NCBI GenBank assembly: GCA_031423495.1
Contig: JANPFP010000073.1
Span: 36,968 to 100,967 of the forward strand
Length of the DNA stretch: 64,000 nt
Direction of reading: 5' to 3'
Origin: Acidobacteriota bacterium
GTDB lineage: Bacteria; Acidobacteriota; Blastocatellia; RBC074
The notes below the pieces were generated by a model. It was not told the origin of the DNA. It did not search any database and saw nothing but the letters and a program-made list of their open reading frames with translations. A program made the translations under genes and the position numbers. This document shows positions 53,004 to 63,430 of this stretch, one piece after another. Position 1 is the first letter of the stretch. Every line of letters starts with the position of its first letter.

Positions 53004-54044
53004 TTACAACTCAGCACTCACTACTTCTTCTGAACTCGTCTCAAGTGTCGCGTGATGCGGACGTTCGCCAATGTGCGCGGGCAAGCCGTTGAACGGGCTT
53101 TGCGGCGCGCGCCAGTTGTCTACCACAGCGACCTGTTGGACGCAGGCAATGGTGCAGAATTTGGCGCAGGGCTTTTCGGTATAAAACTCAGCTTCAATAT
53201 GGTCGGTCGTATATTCCGCCAGCGGGATGCCCGGATAACCGCGCTGTTGCGAGCAGTAATGCACGAGGCCGTCTTCGCAAATATACAAGTAGCGAGCGCC
53301 CGCGCGACAACGCCAGTTGTTTTCACGTCCGTTCGCCAAGTTGTCTTGAAACTGATTTAACCAGCCGAATTTCTTTTTGCCGAAACGGCGCAGTTGTTGA
53401 TAGACCTCAGCTTCTTTGCCGCTCAACGGTTTCAACTGTCCGCCGCCGTCGTGAATGATGCCGAGCGTAGAGCCGAAGCCTAATTCGACGGCGCGTTTGG
53501 CTACGGTCAGGGCGTCTTCGGGATTCTTGATGCCTCCGCCGATCACCGAATTGATGTTGATGTGAAACTTGGCGTATTTCGACAGGTTCGGCAGATAGCG
53601 GCCATCCAATACCTTCAAACTCTTTTGCGAAACCTTATCGGGCGTGACGTTATCAATACTGATTTGCAGGTATTCAAGCCCGGCTTCGTTGAGCTTTTCG
53701 ATGTTCTCGCGGGTCATGTAATAGCCGTTGCTGATGAGTCCGGCGATCATACCGTGCGAGCGTATGTGCGCGATGATCTCGAAAATTTGCGGATGCAACA
53801 GCGGTTCGCCGCCGCTGATCGTAATCGCCGCCGTGCCGAACGAAGCCAGCCGATCAAGGCGGCGTTTCATTTCTTCGAGCGGCACAGGGTCAGAAGTCTT
53901 GTCGTATTCGTTGCAATAGCCGCAGGCCAGATTGCAACGGCGCATCGGAATGACGTGCGCCAATAAAGGGTGTTTGGTCGAAGCTAAGGCTTTCGTTACG
54001 AACTTTGCCTCGCGTAATGCTCTTGATGTCTTGCTGCTTGCCAT
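53004..54044 (-). CDS. Radical SAM protein with C-terminal auxiliary Cys cluster
   Basis: [20 protein letters not shown]...YC...CAKFCTIAC. Confidence 0.9.
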   Translation of the reverse strand: MASSKTSRALREAKFVTKALASTKHPLLAHVIPMRRCNLACGYCNEYDKTSDPVPLEEMKRRLDRLASFGTAAITISGGEPLLHPQIFEIIAHIRSHGMIAGLISNGYYMTRENIEKLNEAGLEYLQISIDNVTPDKVSQKSLKVLDGRYLPNLSKYAKFHININSVIGGGIKNPEDALTVAKRAVELGFGSTLGIIHDGGGQLKPLSGKEAEVYQQLRRFGKKKFGWLNQFQDNLANGRENNWRCRAGARYLYICEDGLVHYCSQQRGYPGIPLAEYTTDHIEAEFYTEKPCAKFCTIACVQQVAVVDNWRAPQSPFNGLPAHIGERPHHATLETSSEEVVSAEL

Positions 54045-54195
54045 TGAGATTGAAATAGATAAATCCGTTCGCCGCAGAAACGCTTATCGCTTCTGCTTTC
54101 AGTTATAAATTATGCGTTGATTGGTTACGAAATAAGGCGCGCATTATGGCAGATGATGGAAATCGCAGCAAAGCCCGTGAGTCTCACAACTAAAG

Positions 54196-54238
54196 CAAAA
54201 AGAGAGCGCGTTGGTTTCATCCAGCGCGCTCCCTTTTG
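54196..54238 (-). terminator. Intrinsic terminator after lolA
   Basis: AAAAAGAGAGCGCGTTGG / CCAGCGCGCTCCCTTTT. Confidence 0.65.
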
Positions 54239-54260
54239 ATTTTTGAATTGTTGGTAGCAG

Positions 54261-54965
54261 TTAAAACTTGTCTACGATTTTGACGCCGCCCGGCAGCTTG
54301 ACCTCAAAATCGCCGTCGTTGAGAGCTACGTTTTGTTGCGGGTTGGTCATCTTGAACACGGTGTAATCGCCATTGCGTTCGTTGAACTTTTGCATCAGCG
54401 GGAAGCCGCTGTTGTTCACCCAGATTTCAATGTTGACGAGTCCGCCGCTGACTTTCGGTGTCAGGCGCAAATGCGATGCGTTTTGTCCATCCACGTTTTC
54501 ATCGCCTACGAAATCAATGTTGTATTGCTCAACCAGCGTCTTGACAGAGCCGTCGAGTCCGAGAATCTGCCCATAGCCGCCGACGCGACCTTTCGCAGCT
54601 TTCGCCACCGTATTCTTAAAAGCCTGATTCAACTTCGGTTGATAAAACAGAAAGCTGTCGCCGTTGACCGCAATCGTATTTGTCGTCGGTTTGGTGTAAT
54701 CAAGCCGGAACTTACCTTTGTCTTTTCCTACGCCGGGCTTATACAGCAACGTGCCGTAATCTTTATCTTTCGTACCGATTTGGGCGTTGACCTTTTCCTG
54801 TACGAAACCTGCTTTGAGGCTGCGTAAGTCTTTATGCATCTTCTCCATTTTCGCCAGAATGCCCGTCAGCAATTGGGGGCTGGCGTTGGCATCTGCGCGG
54901 CGGATGGTTCCCGTCAGGGAAACCAGCAGGGCCACGCTCAGTGCCAAAATCGTTATTCGTTTCAT
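54261..54965 (-). CDS. lolA: LolA-like outer-membrane lipoprotein carrier protein
   Basis: Signal peptide, SLKAGFVQ, FRLDYTKP, FYQPKLNQ, LRLTPK, FEVKLPGGV. Confidence 0.8.
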   Translation of the reverse strand: MKRITILALSVALLVSLTGTIRRADANASPQLLTGILAKMEKMHKDLRSLKAGFVQEKVNAQIGTKDKDYGTLLYKPGVGKDKGKFRLDYTKPTTNTIAVNGDSFLFYQPKLNQAFKNTVAKAAKGRVGGYGQILGLDGSVKTLVEQYNIDFVGDENVDGQNASHLRLTPKVSGGLVNIEIWVNNSGFPLMQKFNERNGDYTVFKMTNPQQNVALNDGDFEVKLPGGVKIVDKF

Positions 54966-55120
54966 ATTTACTCCGTAAAAATCCGTCAGAAAAATCTGTA
55001 AGCGTTTGTGTGGTCACTTCAGCATCCCGAAGACGCTCCGGGCTTGAAGTGGCTGAACTCTCTAATTATTTCAAAACCAATCAGACCATCACCCGCACCG
55101 TCAATCTCATTAGGCCCTCG

Positions 55121-55246
55121 TTAGGGCTGCAACTTGTGTTCCGGCCAGAGCAACAAGGCCAGCACGATCAACAAACATAACACGTCATATTGCCACGTAC
55201 CGCGTCCGTGCGCCCAGAATAGAATGTTTTTCAGCGACTGGTTCAT
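55121..55246 (-). CDS. Small membrane protein, possibly truncated
   Basis: MNQSLKNILFWAHGRGTWQYDVLCLLIVLALLLWPEHKLQP*; AGGA before ATG; within the Lol-like operon; below the ORF track cut-off. Confidence 0.6.
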   Translation of the reverse strand: MNQSLKNILFWAHGRGTWQYDVLCLLIVLALLLWPEHKLQP

Positions 55247-55256
55247 TCCTGTTTTC

Positions 55257-55937
55257 CTATCGTTCGCGCACGATTTGCCCGTCGCGCATTTCAATCGTCC
55301 GATTGGCGACTGCCGCCGCTTCAGGATTGTGCGTAATCATCACAATGGTTTGCCGAAACTCACGATTGAGTTTTTTCAGCATACTCAACACGATTTCAGA
55401 GTTTTCTGAATCCAGATTGCCGGTGGGCTCATCTGCCAGAATGATCGCTGGGTTGGTAATGATCGCGCGCGCAATGGCGACTCGCTGCTGTTCGCCGCCT
55501 GATAGTTCGAGCGGCTTGTGTTTCATTTTATTTTCCAAGCGCAGCAACTGCAACACCTCGCGGCGACGACTTTCGTCAGCGTCGGTCTTTTTGCCGTGAA
55601 TGTGTTCGGCCAGTTTCAGGTTCCCTTCCGCCGTTAGCGTAGGAAAAAGATTGAATCGCTGAAACACGAACCCGATTTTGCGCCGCCGCATATCCGTTCG
55701 TCCCGCGTCGGTCATCTGCGCCAAGTCTTCGCCATCCACTACGACCTTGCCCGAAGAGGGTTGCAACATTCCGCCCAGAATGTTCAACAACGTAGACTTC
55801 CCGCACCCCGACGGCCCCATCACCGCGAGGAATTCACTAGTAGGAATAGTCAGATTGACGCCGCGCAAAGCGTGTACGTCCACTTTGCCTACGCGGTAAG
55901 TCATCATCAGGTTTTCAGTTTGAAGAATTGCGCTCAT
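55257..55937 (-). CDS. ABC transporter ATP-binding protein (LolD/MacB-like)
   Basis: [46 protein letters not shown]. Confidence 0.92.
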   Translation of the reverse strand: MSAILQTENLMMTYRVGKVDVHALRGVNLTIPTSEFLAVMGPSGCGKSTLLNILGGMLQPSSGKVVVDGEDLAQMTDAGRTDMRRRKIGFVFQRFNLFPTLTAEGNLKLAEHIHGKKTDADESRRREVLQLLRLENKMKHKPLELSGGEQQRVAIARAIITNPAIILADEPTGNLDSENSEIVLSMLKKLNREFRQTIVMITHNPEAAAVANRTIEMRDGQIVRER

Positions 55938-56038
55938 TCAGTTTGTTTGGGGCCATTTGCTTGGGGCCGCCATTTCAACCAGACACCTGTCAGTTCAAGC
56001 TGACAGATAGAACTGGCACGTGTCGTTTAATCGTAAAG

Positions 56039-57136
56039 CTAATCATAAGACAGGGCCTTAACCGGGTCTTGATTCGCCGCGCGCATCGCCGGGTATAAAG
56101 CCCCCAGTGCGCCTGCCCCCAGTCCTATCAAAGCCGCCCGCAGCACCCAACTCCAATGAAATTCGAGTTGCAAGGTCGTCACCCGCTCCAGCACCCAGCC
56201 TGCGCTTAGAGCAATAATCAGGCCAGCGATGACGCCGATGAAGCTAATCAGTAGAGCTTCCTTTTCGATGACGGAAACAATGTATCGCTTGGACGCCCCA
56301 AGCGATTTCAAAATTCCGATCTCGCGCGTTCGCTCCGTGATGGTTGTATACATCGCCAGCAAAATTACGAGCAGACTCACCACGACTGAAAGCGCGACGA
56401 CTGAATTCACAAAACCATTCAAGCCAGGGATTTGCCGCTCTGCCCCCAGTCCGAGATTGCGCGTAAGCATTAAGCTGTTACCGGGCAGCGCGACATCAAT
56501 GCGACGCAGCATCTCTTCTTGCTGCGCCGGATTTTGCACTTTGACCATGATGAAGGTGCATTTGTTTTCCAGCCCCTGAAAGCTTTGCAAAGCTGCCAAC
56601 GGCAACTTGATCCGCGAACCAATGGACGGGGCATAAATGCCAGCGACTTTCATCTTCCGACCGAAAACTTCAATCTCGCTCCCCACACCGATCTCGTCGT
56701 GCGTGGCCTTAAAATCATCAATGATGATTTCGTCCCCACCTTGAAAAGTACGCCCTTCGACGATTTGCAGCCCCGTGATTGCCGCGTAACTCTCGTAATC
56801 AACGCCATCTACTACTTCAACCCCCAAACCGGTTTTGCTACGTTGCGTGTAAAACCCAACAGGGCTAACCGCTTTGACTCCCTCAATTTGCAGTAGCTTC
56901 TCAGCATACGCCGTATCGGTCGGCATTATTGAAGTAGGCGAAAGAATAGAACTTCCTTTACGTCCAAACTGAATTTCTGCGCCCACCCGTTGCTCGCGCT
57001 GCACGCGGTCATTCAACATGCCGCGCACCAGCCCCGTGTTGATGAGAATCAGAATAACGCCGAGGGCTACGCCCGCCACGCTCACCAGAGCGCGCACGGG
57101 ACGCTGACGCAAATTGGCTACTGCCAAACTTTCCAT
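56039..57136 (-). CDS. ABC transporter permease (FtsX/MacB/LolCE family)
   Basis: N-terminal TM, periplasmic domain, [28 protein letters not shown]. Confidence 0.9.
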   Translation of the reverse strand: MESLAVANLRQRPVRALVSVAGVALGVILILINTGLVRGMLNDRVQREQRVGAEIQFGRKGSSILSPTSIMPTDTAYAEKLLQIEGVKAVSPVGFYTQRSKTGLGVEVVDGVDYESYAAITGLQIVEGRTFQGGDEIIIDDFKATHDEIGVGSEIEVFGRKMKVAGIYAPSIGSRIKLPLAALQSFQGLENKCTFIMVKVQNPAQQEEMLRRIDVALPGNSLMLTRNLGLGAERQIPGLNGFVNSVVALSVVVSLLVILLAMYTTITERTREIGILKSLGASKRYIVSVIEKEALLISFIGVIAGLIIALSAGWVLERVTTLQLEFHWSWVLRAALIGLGAGALGALYPAMRAANQDPVKALSYD

Positions 57137-57139
57137 AGT

Positions 57140-58168
57140 CTATTTCACCGGCTTATCCAGATCGGTTTCGGGCAGATTCTCTTTGTTCTCCAACACAAAA
57201 GCCGTCTGCGGCAATTCAGGATTCAACTCAAAGTTTTCCGGGCTAAAACTGAACCGCGCCCCGTATCCATCGTGCGGACGCGACACCAGCACGACCCTCG
57301 GCAGCGTAGCCGCATTCGCCTCTCCCAGCTTTTGATAGTTCGAATAAGTCACCTCTGTCACCAGTCCGCCACGTCCGTCAAAAATCTGCTGTCGTTTAAG
57401 CAGCAAGTTATCCGTTCGATCAAACCAGAAGCGACGCAGCGTATAAGCCTGACCGTTTTCAGCCAGCTTGAGTTCAGACATCACGTAATAGCTCCGCAAC
57501 ACGTGCGTCACCGTTTTCTGATTCGGTTTCGTCTCAGACTCTTCCTGCAATTGTTCTTCCAAACTGTAAGCGTAGCCACTCTCGCCCGTGTGCAAAGGAC
57601 GCATCAGCAACGCATCGGTGAAATGAAACGGTCGCGCATTCGCCAACGCGCTTTGTTTGTCTTTGCCCAAACGTTCACGCCATTGCGCGTAATCGGCGTC
57701 GTTGGTTCCCAGAATGAATGAAGGACGTTCCTGATAAACCGCGACCTTGAAATGATTCGCTTCAGAAACCATTTCCGCTACGCGCGATTTGGTGACGGGA
57801 ATCTGAATGACCAGGCGAATGCGATCAGGGCGTTGTAACACAACAATGGCGTCGGCATCGCGCCAGCGGGTTTCGGCTTGCGGTTCAATAAAGCGCAGCG
57901 CAATCCGCGAGGCGCGCAAGGTTTGCACTTCGGTGAACGGCTTGAGTTGCGCGAGCAACTGGCTGAAATCCGCTGTGACTACTGGCGTAACCATACGCGG
58001 AATTGAAGTGTCGCTCACCTTCGCCAGTCTGGCGCATCCGATCAAACCCAAACTCAAAAGCAGCAACGGCACAATAAAAAAGGTGCGAGACAATGAAGCC
58101 TCCCACCGTTGCGTGCGGGGATTTGAATTGTGCTGAATGCGAGAAAATAAGTTCATACTGGGGCGCAA
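57140..58168 (-). CDS. Putative lipoprotein, LolA/LolB-fold-like (DUF4292-like)
   Basis: Lipobox-like LGLIGC, LQRPDRIRL, RRFWFDR, LPQTAFVL; heads the Lol-like operon; start uncertain. Confidence 0.6.
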   Translation of the reverse strand: MRPSMNLFSRIQHNSNPRTQRWEASLSRTFFIVPLLLLSLGLIGCARLAKVSDTSIPRMVTPVVTADFSQLLAQLKPFTEVQTLRASRIALRFIEPQAETRWRDADAIVVLQRPDRIRLVIQIPVTKSRVAEMVSEANHFKVAVYQERPSFILGTNDADYAQWRERLGKDKQSALANARPFHFTDALLMRPLHTGESGYAYSLEEQLQEESETKPNQKTVTHVLRSYYVMSELKLAENGQAYTLRRFWFDRTDNLLLKRQQIFDGRGGLVTEVTYSNYQKLGEANAATLPRVVLVSRPHDGYGARFSFSPENFELNPELPQTAFVLENKENLPETDLDKPVK

Positions 58169-58605
58169 AATAAGTCAGAATCGGGAAGCTAACAGCTAGT
58201 GGCGCGGATTGTCAACGCGCAGTTTCTCAAGGTTTTCCAGCCCTTTTTGGCAATCTCTGAGCCAAAGTTAATTCAGCTTTTCGTTATCTGCACCAAAACG
58301 TAAGCGCGCTTCCACCGATTGGGATGAAGTTGAAACGAAGTGTGGACTCGTCGCCTCAGCTTGAGCGAATTGGCTAACTGTTAAACCTTTATTGCTATCA
58401 AGCAGTTAGCTATCGAGAGGCGTTACGCTTACCGCTCTGGCACGAGCCTTGAAGTAGTGTTCGGCGTTGGGAAGGAGTTGATTGAAAAAACAAAAGGTTT
58501 CCAAAAAGCAGAAACCATAACGGAGAAGTTGGGAGGCAACTCTTGACACACAGACGGAGCCAGACGAGCGCGGCCTGATGAATAAGAAGTAGGAGGATAA
58601 AGGCT

Positions 58606-59019
58606 ATGAAACGCAATACCTGGTTAATGATCGTTTTGACAACCCAAATAGTGATGATGATGACGCTGATGACGGGACTGACGGCTTTGGCCGATTCCCG
58701 CTACAGCGAACGTGAGATACGCGAAATTGCCCAGCGCAACGGTTATGAATGCGGACTCCGCGAAGGCCGCGAAGACCGACGCGACTGGCGTTCATTCGAT
58801 TTTCGCCGCAACCGCGTTTACCGCGAAGCGACGCAAGGCTATCGAGATGCTTTTGATGACGAAGAAGATTATCGGCAAGCGTTCCGACAAGGCTTTGAAA
58901 ACGGCTACCGCAATGGCTTCGGACGCGGTGGCAACGGTTGGGGTAATGGCTGGGGTGGCAATTGGGATCGTGACAATTGCAACGTTTATGACCGTTATCG
59001 CAACCGCAGGCGTCGCTAA
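58606..59019 (+). CDS. Exported hypothetical Arg/Gly/Tyr-rich protein
   Basis: AGGAGG RBS, signal peptide, GYECGLREGREDRR...YRQAFRQGFENGYRNG. Confidence 0.75.
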   Translation: MKRNTWLMIVLTTQIVMMMTLMTGLTALADSRYSEREIREIAQRNGYECGLREGREDRRDWRSFDFRRNRVYREATQGYRDAFDDEEDYRQAFRQGFENGYRNGFGRGGNGWGNGWGGNWDRDNCNVYDRYRNRRRR

Positions 59020-59172
59020 CGCCTGACAAGATATTTACCAGATCGGCGCGCGTAGGAGAGCAAGGGGGTATTTCGGAGCTTCGGATCGCCCGCGGTTTTC
59101 TGAAATCTTTCTCCCACGCGCGTCCGTAACCTTCCACGCAATCTTCACCTTTAGGGGGCGATTGCGCCGGAA

Positions 59173-59244
59173 AAAACGCCGTCCGACAGACGTAAAGGGG
59201 GCTGGAAGAAATCGTTCTTTCGGTGTTCTGTCGGACGGCGTTTT
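59173..59244. repeat. Perfect 18-bp inverted repeat, intergenic
   Basis: AAAACGCCGTCCGACAGA ... TCTGTCGGACGGCGTTTT. Confidence 0.8.
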
Positions 59245-59543
59245 ACATTTCTTCAAGTTTGACACTTTCATTCGCCACAGCGATCACGAAAATTTGGATA
59301 ACTTACGGAAAACTGAACCCAGCCTGACGAAGAAGTCACTTTCCTGTTGGATCAGCCAGTTAAATCGTTTTCATTGAACTGCAACAAAACTCGCCTTTGG
59401 CTTGACTTAACGTAATCCTAACCAGTTAATATCGCCTTTCCAAAGAAAGCGGCACACTGATTGCCTTTTTGGAGCCCAATCACATTTTCAAAAAATCAAG
59501 CAAGCTGCTTCGATTCTACTATACCAATTTTGCAGGAGGGATT

Positions 59544-62500
59544 ATGAAAAAGGTTCTCTCGACTTATGTCGGCAGAGTTGGAGCATTCCTGAGTGTTTGC
59601 TCTCTGGCTATATTTTTCAGCGCATCCGCGTTCGCGCAAACCGGATCATCTACGTTAAGCGGCACGGTGACAGATTCGTCGCAAGCCGTCGTCTCCGGCG
59701 CAACCGTCATATTGAAAAACGACGCACGCGGCTTCACTCGCACGACAACCGCAGACTCTGGTGGCAACTTCAGTTTCAACGTTGTTCCTCCTGGGGCTTA
59801 CGTAATCGAAGTCGAAGCCAAAGGTTTTAAGAAAGGGGTGTTAACTGAAGTTCAAGCTTTGGTGGACAACCGCGTAACAGTTTCTGTGACGCTCGAAGCA
59901 GGCCAAGTGACTGAAAGCGTCACGGTTTCGGCGTCGGCGGTCGAAAATATCGTCAACACACAAGACGCCAGCCTTGGCAATAACTTCCTCTCGCAACAAA
60001 TCATTCAGTTGCCTCTTAATGCTCGTAACGTAGGTAGTTTGCTGAGCTTGCAACCCGCAGTGACTTCGGCTGGATATGTAGCTGGCGGTCGCAGCGATCA
60101 AGCCAATCTTACGCTCGACGGCGTTGACGCTAACGACCAGCAGGACGGTACGGCGTTTTCACCTGTTATCCGCGTTAGTCCTGACACCATCGAAGAGTTC
60201 CGCGTGACGACCGTTAACGCTAACTCGACGCAAGGCCGTTCATCGGGTGCGCAAGTCGGTTTCATCACCAAGAGCGGCACTAACCAATTCCACGGTAATC
60301 TCTTTGAATATCACCGCAATACGGTGACAACGGCAAATGACTTTTTTAACAATCGTAGCGGTGTCGCTCGTCCGAAGCTAATCCGTAATAATTTTGGCGG
60401 CAGTCTTGGTGGCCCAATTGTTAAAGACCGCTTTTTCTTCTTTTACAACTATGAAGGCCGTCGTGATGCGAAAGGCGTGAGCGTCGTAAGAACTGTTCCG
60501 CTGGCAGGTCTTGGACGCGGTGAAGTGAAATTCAACGCAAGCAACGGTCAACTCGTCACGCTAACCGCAGCTCAGATCAATGGACTAACGAGTAACGGCA
60601 CTGCTACCGGCGCTGCGGTGGTTGACGTTAATCCTATTGGTTTGGCTGTCTTGGCAAGCGCAGCACAGCGTTACCCCTCTAATGACAATACGGTTGGAGA
60701 CAATCTCAACACAGCAGGGTACCGCTTTAACGCGCCGCAACCTGTTAAACTTGGCGCGCACACGGCTCGTTTCGATCTCAAGTTGAGTGAGGCACATAAC
60801 TTTTTTGCGCGCGGCAATTACCAGAATGACTCATCTGTCACAGGTCAGGAATTCCCTGACACGCGTCCGCGTGGTAACTGGAGCCATCCCAAAGCGATGG
60901 CGGTTGGCTATATCTGGACGCCAAATTCCAAACTAATCAATGACTTCCGTTTTGGCATAACGCGCGACGCTTTTACCGATCAAGGTGATTCCACTGCGAA
61001 CTCTGTGATTTTCCGTCAAACTTTCCAAGACACTGGTTTCGCGCGAAACTTTAGCCGCGTAACCCCGGTCGTGAACTTCACGGATAACATCAACTGGCGC
61101 CCGATTAATAATCACAGTTTCGATTTCGGTACGAACATTCGCTTGATTCGCAACAAACGCACAAATTTTGCAAGTGCTTTTGATACTGCCACGTTGAACC
61201 ATTCGTTCTATTCCGGGGCTGGCTCGGTGCTAACTTCTCCCATTAACGCCTCGCTAACTGCGCTTTTCCCAACCTTGCCAACTGGTACTACCATTCGTAC
61301 CGATTGGGTGACTAACGCCCGCATTGCGATGGCACAGGTGCTTGGTCGTCTGTCGCAATATACGGCAAATTTCAGCTTTGGATTAGACGGCAAACCGTTA
61401 ACATCGGGAAGCCCTTCGGTGCGTGAATTTGCCACCGAAGAGTATGACGTTTACGGGCAGGATGTCTGGCGCGTTGGTTCAGATATGACGGTAACGATGG
61501 GGTTACGTTATGGCTTAAGCCGACCGGTATATGAAACACAAGGCTTTCAAGCATCACCGAACGTCGGGCTGGAAGAGTATTTGAACAGACGAATTGCTGC
61601 GGCAAAACTTGGGCAGAATTATACCGACCCGATTGTGATTCAGAAATCTGGACCGGTTAACAACGCCAAAGGCTTTTATCCGTGGGACAAAAACAACTTT
61701 CAACCCCGTGTTGCCATTGCATGGAATCCTAAATTCAATAAAGGGTTTCTGGCCAAAGCCTTCGGTCGCAATGGAGCGTCAACCTTCCGTGGTGGTTTCG
61801 CCATTACCAATGACTACTTCGGTCAGCGGTTGGCAACGAACTTTGACGCCAACAATACGTTGGGCTTCCAGTCCAATTTGACCATCTCAGCCAATACTTA
61901 CAACGTAACCACCAATCCAGCGCCATTGTTCACGGGGCTGGGAATGGATATTCGCACTTTGCCGCGCATCACGGTGCCCGCCAGCCTGAACTTCCCGCAA
62001 CAACAGCCATTGGATGATCGCCGTCGTATTGAAGGCTCACTCGATAACAACCTGCAATCGCCGATCAATTATGTTTGGAACGGTACCTACAGCCGTCTGC
62101 TGCCGGGTGGGTTAGCGGTTGAAGCGTCCTACATTGGTCGCAAAGCGCGTAAGCTGTTGGCTTCGCGGGACGTGATGACGGTCAATAATATTGTTGACCC
62201 GAAATCAGGTCAGGATTGGTATACGGCAGCAGGAATCTTGCAAGATTTGCGCATCAAGAACACACCAATCTCACAAATTCCTAACTTGCCGTTCTTTGAT
62301 AATCTTTATGCCAGAGGAGCGGTTGCGGTTGCGGTTGATGACTATGTCGGAACTGATTTCACCGGCGCAAAACTAACCAATTCACAAGCAGCCTACGCTA
62401 TGATGGCCGTTATAGCACCCGGATGCGAAAACGGTTTTTGCGGTGAATTCGCGACTGACTGGACATCGCTCCAAGATGCGCTTGATCTCGGGACAGGCAA

Positions 62501-63353
62501 TCGCTTGTTTTATAACCGTCAATACGGCGCGTTGTCAGCTTACGGAACGATTGGTAGCTCTGATTACCACGGCGGTTCGTTAAGCATTCGTCAACGTTTC
62601 AAATCCGTGCTTTGGGACTTGAACTACACGTTATCGAAATCTTTTGATGACGCATCAGGCCTGCAAACCAGCGGCGTGTTTGGTTCAGCGTTAATTTTGA
62701 ACCCGCTGCGCCAACGCGATAACCGGTCGGTTTCTGACTTTGACATCAGTCATATTTTGAACTTCAACTCTGTTTGGGATTTGCCGGTTGGTAAAGGCAA
62801 GAAGCTTTTCGGCGGTTCTAATAAAGCTGTTGATGCAATTATCGGTGGTTGGCAGTTGAGCACGATCTTCCGTTACAACAGCGGTCTCCCGGTGGTTGAT
62901 CCTTTCGATGCAAATGGCTGGGCAACGAACTGGAACGTTCGCAGCTATGGCGTGCAAGTGCGGAAACTGAAAAGTTCACCCACGCGCGGCAGTGGCGCAA
63001 ATGCTCCGAATCTGTTCAGTGACAAGACTTTTGCCTATCAGAGTTACCGCAGCCCGCGCGCTGGCGAAACCGGGAACCGTAATTTATTGCGTTATCCCGG
63101 ATTCTCAGCGATTGACTTCGGTCTCTATAAAGTATTCAAAATGCCTTATAAAGAGACTCACAAGCTGCAATTCCGTTGGGAAGTCTTCAACGCAGCGAAC
63201 AAGCAAAGCTTCACCGGCTTGACTGGTTTTAGCATTGCTCTTGATCCTTATTTGGGCGGCGCAGGTGGAACACCATTGCCGAATTTTGCTAACTTCACGG
63301 GCATTCAAGGTGCTCCGCGTGTTATGCAATTCGCGTTGCGTTACGATTTCTAG
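59544..63353 (+). CDS. TonB-dependent receptor-like protein (Oar-like)
   Basis: AGGAGG RBS, signal peptide, GTVTDSS, TKSGTNQFHG, NNFQPR, C-terminal LRYDF. Confidence 0.93.
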   Translation: MKKVLSTYVGRVGAFLSVCSLAIFFSASAFAQTGSSTLSGTVTDSSQAVVSGATVILKNDARGFTRTTTADSGGNFSFNVVPPGAYVIEVEAKGFKKGVLTEVQALVDNRVTVSVTLEAGQVTESVTVSASAVENIVNTQDASLGNNFLSQQIIQLPLNARNVGSLLSLQPAVTSAGYVAGGRSDQANLTLDGVDANDQQDGTAFSPVIRVSPDTIEEFRVTTVNANSTQGRSSGAQVGFITKSGTNQFHGNLFEYHRNTVTTANDFFNNRSGVARPKLIRNNFGGSLGGPIVKDRFFFFYNYEGRRDAKGVSVVRTVPLAGLGRGEVKFNASNGQLVTLTAAQINGLTSNGTATGAAVVDVNPIGLAVLASAAQRYPSNDNTVGDNLNTAGYRFNAPQPVKLGAHTARFDLKLSEAHNFFARGNYQNDSSVTGQEFPDTRPRGNWSHPKAMAVGYIWTPNSKLINDFRFGITRDAFTDQGDSTANSVIFRQTFQDTGFARNFSRVTPVVNFTDNINWRPINNHSFDFGTNIRLIRNKRTNFASAFDTATLNHSFYSGAGSVLTSPINASLTALFPTLPTGTTIRTDWVTNARIAMAQVLGRLSQYTANFSFGLDGKPLTSGSPSVREFATEEYDVYGQDVWRVGSDMTVTMGLRYGLSRPVYETQGFQASPNVGLEEYLNRRIAAAKLGQNYTDPIVIQKSGPVNNAKGFYPWDKNNFQPRVAIAWNPKFNKGFLAKAFGRNGASTFRGGFAITNDYFGQRLATNFDANNTLGFQSNLTISANTYNVTTNPAPLFTGLGMDIRTLPRITVPASLNFPQQQPLDDRRRIEGSLDNNLQSPINYVWNGTYSRLLPGGLAVEASYIGRKARKLLASRDVMTVNNIVDPKSGQDWYTAAGILQDLRIKNTPISQIPNLPFFDNLYARGAVAVAVDDYVGTDFTGAKLTNSQAAYAMMAVIAPGCENGFCGEFATDWTSLQDALDLGTGNRLFYNRQYGALSAYGTIGSSDYHGGSLSIRQRFKSVLWDLNYTLSKSFDDASGLQTSGVFGSALILNPLRQRDNRSVSDFDISHILNFNSVWDLPVGKGKKLFGGSNKAVDAIIGGWQLSTIFRYNSGLPVVDPFDANGWATNWNVRSYGVQVRKLKSSPTRGSGANAPNLFSDKTFAYQSYRSPRAGETGNRNLLRYPGFSAIDFGLYKVFKMPYKETHKLQFRWEVFNAANKQSFTGLTGFSIALDPYLGGAGGTPLPNFANFTGIQGAPRVMQFALRYDF

Positions 63354-63370
63354 TTTGCCGCCAATTGGAT

Positions 63371-63418
63371 AAAAAGTCAGGCCGCGTAGCTGATGAGCTA
63401 CGCGGCCTGACTTTTTTT
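63371..63418. terminator. Bidirectional intrinsic terminator
   Basis: AAAAAGTCAGGCCGCGTAGCT / AGCTACGCGGCCTGACTTTTTTT. Confidence 0.85.
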
Positions 63419-63430
63419 ATGTGGGGGCAA

